Source: Paraspadella gotoi | Taxonomy: Eukaryota > Animalia > Chaetognatha | Direction: 5' to 3' | Length of the DNA stretch: 64,000 nt | NCBI GenBank assembly: GCA_051294375.1 | Contig: CM119268.1 | Span: 4,983,878-5,047,877 of the forward strand | In this document: piece by piece, positions 13,801-25,465 of the stretch | Numbering within the stretch: the stretch's first letter is position 1 | How the letters are laid out: every line of letters begins with the position of its first letter | The notes under the pieces: model-generated | Seen by the model: the letters and a program-made list of their open reading frames with translations, nothing else | Database searches by the model: none | What the model was told of the DNA's origin: nothing | Made by a program: the position numbers and the translations under genes

Positions 13801-15475
13801 ATATTTGGTCGAATTAAAAAGCTCCGTTTTTATGCGAAACCGAAAGAAAAGGGATTTAGCTTTTGAGATTCGTCGTCTTCGTCGTCTTTGTTGTCTTTGT
13901 TGATTTGAAAATTGTCTCGTCTTGATGTTGTTTTGTTTTTTTTTTCCAATTAAGTTGTTAAAATCATTTTGTTCATAGCTCTCCAACAGAAATTTCTCAA
14001 ACCGTAATCTTACCATGAACCGAAAAAGGTGGCGCCCGCCGATCAGGATTTCCGTAAAATCGTTTTATTTTTCTTTTGCTTTTTGTTTTTCTCTCGTTTT
14101 CTCGCCCGAAACACCACAAAACCGCGCCCCCTTACCCACCCCCCTCCATAGTTCGGTCTTTCCGCCTTCGATTGTACTCACTCCTCCTCCTCCTCCTCCT
14201 CATCTCCGTTTCCCGATAAGGTTGTTGTTGTCTTTGTCCTCGTTGTCGCCACTCGAGCCGTCGGCGTTTTTGTTTTTGAATCGGCTTTTTGGTTTGTGGT
14301 GGTTTGTTGTCGTCGTCGTTGTCTCTTCTACTGGTCACTCGTTTTCATGTTTTCTTTTACTTCCGTCGGCCGATTTTCATTATTATGATCTACTCTCTAT
14401 TTTTTCTTTATTTTTATCATTGTTGTTATTCTCGTTATTATCGTTATTTTGATTTTCAGCTATCAGCGTAATCATGATCTATTATCTTCCTAATTCACAT
14501 TCAACATTCTCGCTCTCCCCAAACCTTGTTAGTTTTTTTTTATTTTTTTCACATATTCACGTCTTTACACATTCTCTTATTCCTCGCCTTTTTTCAAAGA
14601 ATCTGTCAGTCAGTCAGTTCGACCGCGAACCCACAACAGGTGGTCCTCAATTATTTCCGTATATAATTCTCTTTCGCCGTGCCTTCTGGGCTGAGGCCAT
14701 CGGGCCACCGCCGACCCCGGCCGCTGCGGGCGACCACTCGGGTCAACACGTTTCAATACCCTATCTCTTGCCGACCCCGAGGTCGAGTCGTTCACGGCTG
14801 AAAATTGGAAGTAAAGACGAGTGGTCGGGAACGTTCTGGGTTCGAGGCCGAATCGTTTCGTGCTTTTGCGGCAGATTAGATAAAAGGTTGAGGCATTGAA
14901 AACATTCTGCTCTCACCCTTCTTTCTTTTTCCTTTCCCTCCCCAGTTTCTTCTTTTCTTAACCCGCAAAAAGACAATTCCTAACTTTTATCACAAACGTT
15001 TTCGTCGGCTTTTCTGTCGGCTTTCCTTAACTTAGCCCGGTCGGCCCTCGTCTGTCTCCACCCGCAGTTTTTGTGATCCGAGTCGTCGTCGTCGTCTTTA
15101 ATTATTTAACTTTTTTTTTCTTTGGTCTTTTTCCCTGTTCCTGAGTCTGCTCTACTTTCTCTTTCCTTTTACTTTCTTTTTCTGTTGTCATTTAAACCGT
15201 TTCCCTTCCCTTCAACCCCCCCTCCTCCGATCCTCCTCAGCGGCCTCTACCACATCGGTCCCCATCTTCTTCCTCCCTTTCGGTCAAATCGAGATCTGAG
15301 ACCCGACCTCGAGTTCCTGTCGACGACGACGATGATGACCATTAATCGCTGGCCTTCCTATTCCGCCCCCTTTAACGCGAATCCTTAGAAACCGCCCCCC
15401 TCCGCCCCCTCTCCAACTTGTCGATCGGAGCTAAACGCTCGGTTTCCGTTTTAACGATCTCTCGATTCGGGTTTG

Positions 15476-15525
<50 letters not shown>

Positions 15526-18500
15526 CTCCGGAAGTTGTCGGCTTTCGTGTCGCATTTTGGAACAAATTGGGTACAATCATAGTAGAAGATGTTTTGTATT
15601 TTCTACGCCGAATGAGAATACAGGTCTTAACTTTAGCTGTTTAGGCTTTGATATGAACGGAGATTTAGAAGCTAATGTATTGAAGTTTTAGCTATTTCTC
15701 ATGTACTATATAGAAAATAATTCGTGAACTAATTCAACTTACAAGCAAAAATTTACAAAAAGACTCCTTCACACGAAACTCGAAGCGGAAGAACAATGCC
15801 CGCGAATTTCGGTCTTCACTGGGCAAGGAAAAATTGTCGATGCGATGAAGGAGATTCGAAAAAAACATCGCACTAGGGATATCCTCGTGTCAGTTTTTGT
15901 ATTTTTTATCATTTAATGATTTAATTTGGGTTTTTTTTTTTTAAGTTCTATTGCACCTGGGTAAATCTTGAATTCTAGTTGTCGGTTTAAAAATTTCGTC
16001 AATGGACGACGCCTCGTTTCGTTTCCCCACCTTTTACCGCCCTCAGCTCGGCATGTTATTCTTTGGTTCCTCGACCCTTACCTTTTTTCTCTTCTTCTTC
16101 CTCTTTCCTTACCCACCTACGATTTTCACCTTATCTCTGCCCTTTTCGTCTTATTCCTCCTCGTCCTCTTCCTCCTCCTTTTTTATGGTTTTCTCACTTG
16201 GACTTGTCGCTCAGTTTCTCTCGATCCTCGCCCAACATTCAGCTTTAATTAATCTTGTCGCGGATGACCCAAATCGATCCGCGATCCATCGTCAGTTCAC
16301 TTTCGTGTATCGCCATTCCGGATCATATTGCCTCGATTTCTCGTCTTCGTCACCGATCATCGAACTTCAGTTGATTCTCTTTTTTTTCAACCATCGATTA
16401 GACTTTCCATCCGCTGTCCAAACTTGTATTTGGGGTCGGAAAATGACATCCTGCATCCCAGATTTTCCTGGCTTGTCCAAGCTGAAGGCTCGGCCGGGAT
16501 TTCTCGGCTACGACAATCTCCGACTCTCCGGCGCTTATAAGAAAAAGAAGAAGGGTCTTGGGCGGGCTCCGCCGAGTCCGCCCTGCGTCAAGGACGACTC
16601 CTTCGTGTATCTCGAGGACACCGTCGCCGCGGCCTTCATGGAACAGGCGGCGTTGGTGGCGGCCGAGGGCCGAGAGGAGTCGAAAGAGTGGAGCGAAAAA
16701 ATGCGGAGATGGGGCGTGTCGGGAGTAGTTGACGAAAGGCTGGAGTGGATCGGTAATGACGAGGATGGGTTGGAGGCGGTGGAGGAGGAGGAGGAGGGAG
16801 AGGAGATGAACGTTTCTTTGCACGAAGGGTTTTACGTTTTTAGGTCTGAACCGTCACAATCGTTTGGGTGTTTAATAATTTCTGGTAGTCTGAATGCGTG
16901 GATGGAATATTGTAAAATGTAACTAAGACGAAAATGGTGTCTTTTTATCGCAGTTGCCGACGTAATTCTCGGTTGATTGGATACTATACAATTCAGATTT
17001 AATTTTAGCAGACGAAAACATTATATTACTATACTAAAGAAAACTAACTATTTCATTTCCAACCCCCTGACCCAACAGACACCCACCTTCTTACCACCAT
17101 GCCGCCGATTATGAATCCCATCCCGGTTTCTCCACATCCTTTCAATATCCGACCTCATCGAATTACTACGGCGCCGGGCCTTATCATCCTGGCACCGCCG
17201 CCGCCCCCGCCGCAGCCTCGCATCATTCAGGCTCCGCCGCGGGGCCGCCGGGACACGGCACCATGAACAGTACTCACTCCAGCGCGAGCGCCAGTTCCGT
17301 CGGGTCGGGCATCGTATCGAGGGACTCCTCGGGTAAGTTTAGTTCAGATAATCGTAATTTTTGGGTTAGGCTGGAATCGGGTTGTGGGTCGATCAAGAGA
17401 CGATTAAAGTGAAAAAAAAACTTTCTCCTTTTATTCTTTCTCAATATTCTTATTAGTTATTCTTGTATATTTTCTCTCCCATCTCTTCATTTTACGTTTT
17501 CTCATTTTCTCTGTTCAGTGTTCACTTAATTTACTAATTATTCTCTCTCTCCCTATCCCTCCCTTTTATTTTCGCCCATAAAGAATGACATTGAAAAGAA
17601 ATTATAACGAGGAAAAGCGTGAAGCTGGAGTCATTTTTTTTTTCACTTCCCCTTCCGCTTTTTCCCTCCATTTCTTTTAACGATCTTTTTTTCCCCATTT
17701 CCTTCCAAATTGATTCTTCCCTCACTTACTCATTTCTTCCTCTCACTCTTTTTCCCAATCCCCATCTCGAAATCATTTCAATTAGTATTTCATTGATTTC
17801 ATAATTTAAATTGGTAAAAAAGCAATATAAAATTATCCATTTATTAAATAAATAAGCTACGTATATTGCCCCTAATATTGGACAGGCCATGGTGGGTTAC
17901 ATGATAATAAAATAGCAGGACCCTGCAAGCTGACAATATAAACTCTGGTCTAGTTTATTAACTTCCGTAATAAACAAATTAGTAAAATGATTTATTCAAT
18001 TTAATATTCTTTCCCTCCACCCCCACACCACCCCACCCAAACGCCACCTCCCCTGTCCCTTAAGGCCGCGGATCTCTCGAAGGCCGTCGCTCCACTCATT
18101 CGGGCGGCGACGTTCATCCAGTTTCCGGTTCCGCCTCGGTCCCTTTTTCCGGCCAACCCGCCTCCGGCCAGTCTAACGCCAGTTCCCTCAACCCAGCTCA
18201 TTCTCATCCTTACCCTCCCCGCTCGAGTCCTCAATCGTATCCTCACCCTCCCCGCTCGAGCCCCCAACGCCTTCGTCAACCGCAACAGCAACGTCAAGAG
18301 ATCGTCGTTCCGGAATCGCAGCCTATCTATTCTTACCCCTCACCTCAACCGACGGGAGCGAACTTATCCTCTTATCCTCACCCGCCGCCGCCGCAGTCGT
18401 CTCAGCCGCCGACGCAGGCCAGAGCGCTGCCCCCGCAGCCGCTGCTTCACCCAGAGGCCGCAAGAGAGGAAGGGGCGGTCTCCAGGACGAGTCATGGCTC

Positions 18501-21500
18501 GTCCAACCCTTCGTCGAGTCGAGCCGGATCCAAGTGAGTGATGATGATGATGTTAATGCTTCGTAAACGCTTTTTAGAAAACGCTTTTTCGTCAGAGATC
18601 TGTCGCGAAAAAGGTCGTTTTGTACACATTGTCACAATGGCGCATTGTACAATTGAGTCACTCATGGCGAAATGAAGGAAGGCCGAGAAAAATTGGGGTG
18701 TGTTGCTTCCCTGCAAAGTCGATTTATTAGAAAAATATATAATTTCATTAACCCTTCAACTTCTCAGACACGGCTCCTACGAATACTTGTCCATGTGGAG
18801 CAACGAGAACGGCTCCACCGGCGGCGTTCCCGCTCCTACAGTGTCGGCAATTTCGGCGGCAAAACTTCAACTTATCCCTCACTCGATCTCCGGCGGCAGC
18901 GGGAAGCAGCAGCAGCCGCAAACGGCCGTGGTGGCCCCATCGACCAAGATGGTGAGAAAGGGGGGAATTACCGTGATGAGATCTTTTAACTATAATGTAA
19001 CTTTTAGATTATGACCGATACTTAACTTACCCTCCGTTCAATAATTAAGCGATGTTTCCTCTTACAAGATAATAACCTTGATAATAACTTTGAGGAGACT
19101 CTTTAGCAGTCAAATTTATTGACTCCCATGGTCGCATGGTTTCCACTTTCCTTGTGTATAATATTTTTACAAACTGATTATTGTATTATTCCTCCTCGCT
19201 TTGATTTTATTTATAATCCCAATCACTTCAATTCCCCACGACTTTCCAGCCCCCGTCTTCCTCCGCCGCCCACCTCGTCGCGCCATCTTCCTTCAGTGCC
19301 TTCACCCCCGTCACGCCGCGGGCGCTGGCTCCGGCGTCGACTCGTCAAACGGCACCGCCACGCCCGGCGCTCTCGCGGCCCCCGGCTGCGGCGTCATCGT
19401 CCTACGCCAATTATCAGCAACCGGCATCGTGGACGCCGAAGAACGGAGAGGGCGTCTCCGCTGATGACGATCTTGGCGCGTTGTCCGGAGGAGGAACGGC
19501 GTCTGATTTGGTAAGTTGGAGCAAACGAGGGGGGGTGTTGGATTTGGTTTAATCTTATTCATTATAGTTGTAAACTTTATACAATATATTCAAACATTTA
19601 TTGCTTCTTTGCTAATTCACAATCTTAGCGGAATGATAAAGGGAGGGGAATCTCAAATTTATTATTCTTATCCTTTCCCTTTGGCCTCCATTACCATCTC
19701 CGGTATCTCCCATTTGACTTCTATTTATAACTTCTCTAACTTCTCCTCCTTTTACCCTTTATTCTTTTGATCTTCTCTGTCCTCTCCCCCTCTGTCCCCC
19801 CCTTCCTCTCATCCTCTTCTCCACCTTCTCCTTTCTCCCCTCCCCCCCTCAGGCCTTCTCTCGCCGTTCCAAACTCTATTCATCCGAACGCGTTTTCGAT
19901 CCCAACCGTCGATCCTCCGCCGGCGCCGCCAACGCCTTTCCCCGCTCCCGCCCGCCGCTTCCCACTTCGGGCGGCGTTCCCGTCGTGGCGGCGGTCACGC
20001 CCACCCATCGGCGGGAGAAAAGCGGCGACGGCGACGCCCAGGTCCGTCGCGCCCCTGGCGGACGTCCTGTGCCGGCCGCGGCGTCCAGGGCGTCTCCTCG
20101 GGGCCAGGCCACCGTGCCTTCCGGGTCGACGACTTTTCAACAGGATCTGATGCGTCTCATCGATCCAGACATTCCGGAGAGCGAGCTTGTCAATTCAGTC
20201 GGAAAGGTGAGAACGAAATGTGTGAAGGCGACTTAACAAAAAGGCCTCACCAATTGTATAACCTTTACGACAGGAGAGGAAGGACATACTTTGGATAAGG
20301 CCTCAACGTGGTCCGGGTTTTATTGCATGCATTTAATGATCTTGTTTATTTATTACTTTTGAATTTTATTTCATCGATCCAATTGTTAATCTAAAATTAT
20401 TTTCTCGTTTTTTTTTTCTTTTTTTCTCGCCTTTCTGCGATTAACCACCTGGCATGAATTCCTATGTTCCTCGAAACAAACAAAATGAATTAATGTATTA
20501 ATTATAATTATAAAATATTGAAACCGTTTAAATAAATTTAAATTCTTCAAAACAAACCAAAAAAAAAAACCTATTCCGAAAACAAGACGCCGGTGTACTC
20601 CTCTTCCTCCTCCTCCCGCTCTCTCCTCCGCCAATCCTCTTCCCCTCGCGTTCGACCTCGAGATTCCCGCCATCTTTCCCCCTCGCGTCGACGATCCTCT
20701 TCCGCCTCGCGCATCCTCGGCGACGACGGCGCCCTTTCCGTCCCGGCCTCGTTAACGACGAGAGTTCGATCCGCGCCGCGACTTCGCGAAGCGGCGCCCC
20801 GTCTTCGAGAGGCGGCGTCGAATGGCGCCGTCGTGGGGCGTCGTCTCGTGACGGCTTCGCGTTCTTTGCGGGAGTTGGAAGACGCGACGGAGGGAGAGGG
20901 GAAGGGGAGAGGGAGGAGAGGAGGAGGAGGAGGAAGAGGAAGGGGTGTAGTGGGGGGAAGGGAAGGAAGAGGTGTATCTGGTGGGATAGGAAGAGGAGCA
21001 ACTGTTAGCGGAAGTGGGGTCGGCGCAAGAAATAGATTGAAAAGCTTAAAAAGCGTGAGTCTCCCGACGAGATTCTGTAACAACGTTCGACGTTTCTTCT
21101 TTGTTTTTTAGTGTGACATATTTTTACCCCCAACGCCTCCAACTAGATGCACTGACATTCTTTGTGGTCGAAATTCTGTAATCGTTTGCCGTTCGTAACT
21201 TTTCTGTTTATATTTGTTGAATGTCTTCGATAATAACTTTTTTGGAAAATATTTTCTGAGTACGTAAGAAAAATTTTAACTAATGATTTGCTGTTAACAA
21301 AACCTTACCAAAGTGTGCTTTATTTTTAAAAATACATTGTATGAGGTCGTATTAAATTGTTTTACTACACTTTTCTCTTTCCATTTCATTCTCATTTCTT
21401 CTCATATCTATTCATTTCCTCGATTTTCTCCATTTTCACATTTTTTTCTCTTTTTTTTCTTTTTCCTTCTAAACATTTCTTTTCATTTTCTTTTCTCTTC

Positions 21501-21779
21501 TAATTTCCTTTCCTTTCCATTCTCATTTCCACCCCTTCCTCCCCCAGTCGGCCGGATCGACGCCCAAGAAGCATCGAGCGCCTCTCCACAGGACTCTCTC
21601 CGACGAGTCTCTCTCCGGCGGCGGAGCCACAGTCTTCTCCCGGTCCAACACTTCCGGCGTCGCCAATCCAGGGATGCCTCCGCGCCATCCAGCCGCCCAA
21701 CTCCCCGTCGACGGCGCCGAAGCCGTCTTCACCGCCAAACCAGCGCAGATCGTCTCCCCGCGGAATCTCAGGGATCATA

Positions 21780-21819
<40 letters not shown>

Positions 21820-24106
21820 AATATATTTCCCATAAAAAACGCATCCTTATCGCGGCACCTCTCGCTTTGGCCTTTTATCGGAAGATCATATTTTATTTAC
21901 AGACTTTTCTATTTTTCTTTTTTTCTTTTTTTTTTCTTTTCGTCGCTTACCGCTTTCTTCAGTTAAATTATAAAACGAAACCTAAGTCCGATTATATTCC
22001 AATTCGCTTCATATTTTATCCCACGAATCCGTTTCTACCTCAATTTAGCGCCAAAGAAAAACTTAAATCGTACAAAGAATTTATTTATATATAAATTTAT
22101 TTTAAACCCTCTCGTCGTACGTTTTGTTTAACCCCCTTAAAAAAAAAATTATAATATATGGAAACCGTGGAAAAACTTAGTCGTTCTCACCGGAGCCGAT
22201 ACCAAAGATCGAAAACTCTGTTGCTGGATTATTATCCTCTCTATCTCATTAACCAAAGGAACGGCGGTTCAGACGCGTAAGTTATTGTACGCCCTCCCGT
22301 TTCTCTCGTACGATCATCTTTTTCTTTTTACTTCAACGCCTTTGAGAACGAGTCGTATTGTGTTTGCTTATACTTAATTATATAAATAAATATGAGAGCC
22401 AATTAGCAAAATTCTTTTATATCGACTCTAATCGCGTTGCCATCGAATAATACGCATGCGCGTTCAACCTGAAATTATATTATCCTTTCTTGTTACAGTA
22501 TCGAGGTGTTTTTTATTTTTTATGTACGCCTGCCAACCGTTTATGACTATGATATAATTTTCGTAAACAATAAAGTTACTTATTTACTCCGCCCGCCTGA
22601 ATAGAATGAAACGAAAAACTAACCTTCCCCTCTGAGAAAGTCTTTGAAAGATTTGCAAATCTTAAGTTACAGAATCGTGTCTTTCGCATGGAATGCCCTC
22701 GGTTTCTTCCGTTATTAATTATAGTTACTAATTATCTATTGAACTAATAATTATCCCTCCGCAGGACTGCGTTGACGACTTCTTCGTCCGACCGCCTGTA
22801 TCCTCATACGACCTTCGCCTCACCCAATCAGGCGACTTACTCCAACAGCGTTAACTCGGGTAAGGAATTCCTTAGGTTACTTGACTGCATCGACATCTGG
22901 TTTATTTAACTTCGATCGATCAAATTGCAGCAGCCCACGCGGCGGCGCCGCCTCGCCTATCTCCCTCCCTCGGCGCCGCGGGACCGCCTGGCCGTCAATC
23001 TGGCGCCGAGGATCGAGCCGCTCCGAGGAACGCAGCATTTCCGCTCCCCGACGCGGCAGCGGGAAACATCGAGTGGAACGAACTCGTCGACGCAGCCGAC
23101 AAAGTATTTCGAGGTGAGGGAAATTCGGAATTGGTTTCCGATTGGATAGAGTTTAGTTTGATTGATTGGATGATTGATTGATTGGTCGTTTTGCTGGTTG
23201 GGTAATTAATAACTGGTGCACCGATGTAGTGCACAAATGAATTTGATATTAAATTAACCAAGACGAACCGCATCATATAAATTTATTTAACTCGCACATA
23301 CATTTGTTATTGAATTCTTATTTTGATCGTCGTTGTGAAGTAGTTGAAACGAAAATTGAATTTCTTTTTAAAATTTTATTTATTTTATTTTTTATTTTGG
23401 TGGTGCTATTGTCGTTTTGAATTTATATGCCCTCGTTTCAATCAATTTTAAAACTAACATTTACTTTATCCAGGATCGAATCCCGATTTGACATCGGGTC
23501 ACGTGATGTCGGCCGCCGGTCCTCAATCTTCTCACGACCGACCGCGCCCTCCCGCCGCCGTTTCCGTCGGCGTTCCATCTAAACCGGCGCGCGATCCCGC
23601 CGCAGTCGGCGATGGCGGCGCTAATTTGGTCGGTTGCGGCGTCAGCGGCGGAGAAGCGGATGAATTTCAAATGTCCGAGTTAGAGATTCAATTGAAGGAA
23701 CTCCAAGAGCAGCTGCAAATGGTACGACCTTTCAGTGCCTTTCCATTCAATTTTACCTCGATGCTCTTTTGTCGTTTCGAGTTGACCCCGACTCTCCGTC
23801 GGTCGCTGCGGTTCGTCGTTCGGACTCGGAAGGAACAAAAGGGAATCGAAACCAATCTCTTTTATCTTTTTTATTTTTTTCTCAATAGAAACTTCGATAT
23901 TAATATAAATCTATATGAATATTAATTATATCACCCCCTATTTTCCCCCCTTTTACCGCCAGGAGCGCCTGGGTCGCGTCTCCCTCGAACAACAGATGTC
24001 TCACCTTCGCGACGACAACGCGCGTCTGGCCGAAGAATCTCAATCAGCCGCTGCGCAACTCCGACGCTTCACCGAGTGGTTCTTCACCACCGTCGACAAA
24101 TCCTAA
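1..24106 (+). CDS. SIPA1L: Signal-induced proliferation-associated 1-like (SPAR family) Rap GTPase-activating protein, 5' partial, 34 exons, about 1998 aa
   Basis: Exons joined by hand with consistent phases: 1-22,98-389,609-786,1183-1329,2170-2241,3948-4093,5974-6116,6345-6473,6614-6748,6868-7089,7186-7321,7496-7774,7920-8015,8163-8278,8372-8557,8933-9074,9204-9343,9531-9676,9776-9882,9956-10090,10762-10859,11151-11293,11830-12002,12686-12875,17079-17332,18065-18533,18768-18951,19250-19510,19853-20206,21548-21780,22765-22859,22931-23113,23474-23721,23963-24106. The total is 5998 nt, in frame to TAA. Family motifs recognised from memory: [51 protein letters not shown], the PDZ motif [22 protein letters not shown] and QLRRFTEW. 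I cannot assign it to vertebrate paralogue 1, 2 or 3. Confidence 0.96.
98..389 (+). CDS. SIPA1L: SIPA1L N-terminal Pro/Ser-rich exon (PPxY motifs)
   Basis: aaatag|GGA acceptor; encodes [13 protein letters not shown]...HHPPT; donor g|gttggt; phase 0 to 1, which fits exon 609-786. Confidence 0.65.
609..786 (+). CDS. SIPA1L: SIPA1L N-terminal exon
   Basis: ccttccag| acceptor; encodes ...[25 protein letters not shown]...; gg|gtatgt donor; phase 1 to 2. Confidence 0.7.
1183..1329 (+). CDS. SIPA1L: SIPA1L exon
   Basis: tttttatag| acceptor; open frame PPSTRNGQ...RRAARY; donor after 1323 or 1329, both phase 2. Confidence 0.7.
2170..2241 (+). CDS. SIPA1L: SIPA1L exon with GC donor
   Basis: tttttccag|; encodes (R)[23 protein letters not shown]; ends ag|gcaagt. 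Confidence 0.8.
3948..4093 (+). CDS. SIPA1L: SIPA1L exon
   Basis: [27 protein letters not shown] resembles the SIPA1L HREYGSTSSID motif; ccgccag| and g|gtgagt. Confidence 0.9.
4045..4222 (+). repeat. Degenerate 64-bp tandem triplication spanning an exon 3' end
   Basis: AGTCC(C/T)GCT...ATG(C/G)GAGA...CTG(C/T)AA units start at 4057, 4121 and 4185. Confidence 0.75.
5974..7321 (+). CDS. SIPA1L: SIPA1L exons 5974-6116, 6345-6473, 6614-6748, 6868-7089, 7186-7321
   Basis: Canonical AG/GT boundaries with matched phases; motifs [20 protein letters not shown] and [13 protein letters not shown]. Confidence 0.88.
7496..8557 (+). CDS. SIPA1L: SIPA1L pre-GAP/dimerisation region exons 7496-7774, 7920-8015, 8163-8278, 8372-8557
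   Basis: [87 protein letters not shown]. Confidence 0.95.
8933..10090 (+). CDS. SIPA1L: SIPA1L RapGAP catalytic domain exons 8933-9074, 9204-9343, 9531-9676, 9776-9882, 9956-10090
   Basis: [65 protein letters not shown] (Asn-thumb codon AAC at 9555-9557 intact), [22 protein letters not shown]. Confidence 0.97.
10762..12875 (+). CDS. SIPA1L: SIPA1L linker and PDZ domain exons 10762-10859, 11151-11293, 11830-12002, 12686-12875
   Basis: VIGWT..., then [45 protein letters not shown]...[13 protein letters not shown], the SIPA1L-type PDZ domain. Confidence 0.95.
13219..13500 (+). CDS. Candidate Ser/Thr-rich cassette exon of SIPA1L
   Basis: 282 nt, open, phase 2-2 like its host intron; donor cag|gtcggt; weak acceptor tttttgag|. 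Confidence 0.45.
13530..13632. repeat. GTGGTCT-based short tandem repeat
   Basis: Repeated GTGGTCTCTGTGGTCTTGTTT-like units. Confidence 0.7.
16443..16828 (+). CDS. Candidate alternative first coding exon of SIPA1L (internal ATG)
   Basis: aaaATG context; 128 GC-rich codons [26 protein letters not shown]...; possible phase-2 donors after 16828 or 16843 match exon 17079. Confidence 0.5.
17079..20206 (+). CDS. SIPA1L: SIPA1L low-complexity exons 17079-17332, 18065-18533, 18768-18951, 19250-19510, 19853-20206
   Basis: Open, phase-matched, GC-rich exons with gtaagt/gtgagt/gtgaga donors; the last carries [14 protein letters not shown]. Confidence 0.85.
17808..17966 (+). mobile_element. Dispersed repeat family A copy (intronic)
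   Basis: Colinear with the reverse complement of 38752-38953. Confidence 0.7.
20587..21054 (+). CDS. Candidate Arg/Gly/Ser-rich cassette exon of SIPA1L
   Basis: 468 nt, open, phase 0-0 like its host intron; donor agc|gtgagt; acceptor aacaag| is purine-rich. Confidence 0.5.
21548..24106 (+). CDS. SIPA1L: SIPA1L SPAR_C / coiled-coil exons 21548-21780, 22765-22859, 22931-23113, 23474-23721, 23963-24106
   Basis: [71 protein letters not shown] then TAA. Confidence 0.93.
22259..22276 (+). CDS. Candidate 18-nt microexon of SIPA1L
   Basis: ccaaag|GAACGGCGGTTCAGACGC|gtaagt; frame-preserving in a phase-2 intron. Confidence 0.5.
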
Positions 24107-25451
24107 ATACGGGGACGTGTAGAGGGGTAGACACGGGAACGTGTAGAGGGGTAAAACTGGGGGGTGGGTAGAGACGGGCCATTAGCTAAAGTAAAAAACA
24201 TTTAAACGGAAGTATTGGGTGTGGGTTGGATGGTTGTGTCCCCTTGGAGTCGAAAGTTGACGAAGAAATTAAGCTGATCTCTTTTTTGAGTTCGAGAAAT
24301 TAAAAAAAAAAAAAGAAGAAAGAAAAAGGCGGAACCAGCATTTTTATCGTTGATATTCATCGTCGTCGCATTCTCTCTCACTCAAAATGCTCGGAACCAT
24401 GGGTTCGAAGATACAGCAACCGAATATTGTTTTTTTTTTTCCATATCGTAGTATTTGGTGTACATCCCGATACTCTTCCCTACAGTAGATACCGCATCCT
24501 TTCCCCATTTCCTCTCTTGTCGAATGCTCTTGTTTTAAAGAGTCTCCCTTTTCCCCACGCTCTGCGTTCCTTACTGTAGTGACCTTTTTTCCTGGTTAAT
24601 GACCATTGACCGCCTTCCCCCCCTTTCCCCCTTCTCCTCCCCCCCCTCGTCTCTTCCTTAAATATTCTTGCTTTGTGAGTTCTTAATTTAATTACTTGAA
24701 TGTATTACTTCCGGTTTTTTTTTTCTCTCAAAACGAGACTCATTCGATGATGATAAATGATGCAAAATAACCCGCTCGCTGCATATATGTAATCGATACG
24801 ACGATAGATACAAACTTTACAAATACCTTTATTTTTTGATTGCCTGTAATTTTATTTTATCATGCATTGTAGTTATATATTGTTTTTTCATCGCGTCACC
24901 ATCAGGTTTAGCAGTAGACGACGTGATTCCCGCGTTAAACCGTGACGTTATAGCGCTAATACTTAATTCCATTTTTTAAAAATTTTTATTGTCAAGAAAT
25001 TTAGCAACGTCACGTCGGATTTAGAGAGAGATCATAACGCAATATTAAATATTACCGAAAAGTTAATTTACATTATTGAACCGCCGATAGGGTTTTTGTT
25101 TTTTATCTTTTCCGGCAGAGGGCCTCCTATTTCGAGCGCGTTTCTTTAATCTTCATTCGTTGCGGATTTTTGCTCCTTTTTACAGAATTTCTGCTTTTTT
25201 TTTTTTTTAATCGACAATCAAGTTTTTTTGACGCGAATAAGAAAAATTTGATTATTTATTTCGAATATTATTATTACTCTCTAAATATATCGAGGATACG
25301 TCATCCGTCGGGCGACGCCCGATCAACAAAAAGAGATCATGATTTAACGGAAACGAAAATTCTTTAAAACAATTTTAATTCACTATTGCGCTGATCAAAA
25401 AAAAGAAGAAAAAAAAGTAACCGTTATTGATTCTCCAATTTGTGCTTCGAA

Positions 25452-25465
25452 AATAAAAAAATAAA
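25452..25465 (+). terminator. Candidate polyadenylation signals for SIPA1L
   Basis: Two AATAAA hexamers followed by a T-rich tract, about 1.35 kb after the stop codon. Confidence 0.35.

Noticed and set aside
15241-15388. Alternative terminal exon after the PDZ domain
   Set aside because: The acceptor and phase fit, but there is no conserved motif, clear poly(A) signal or other support
16002-16442. N-terminal half of the 306-aa ORF as a membrane protein
   Set aside because: Pyrimidine-rich low-complexity intron sequence; only the part from ATG 16443 looks coding
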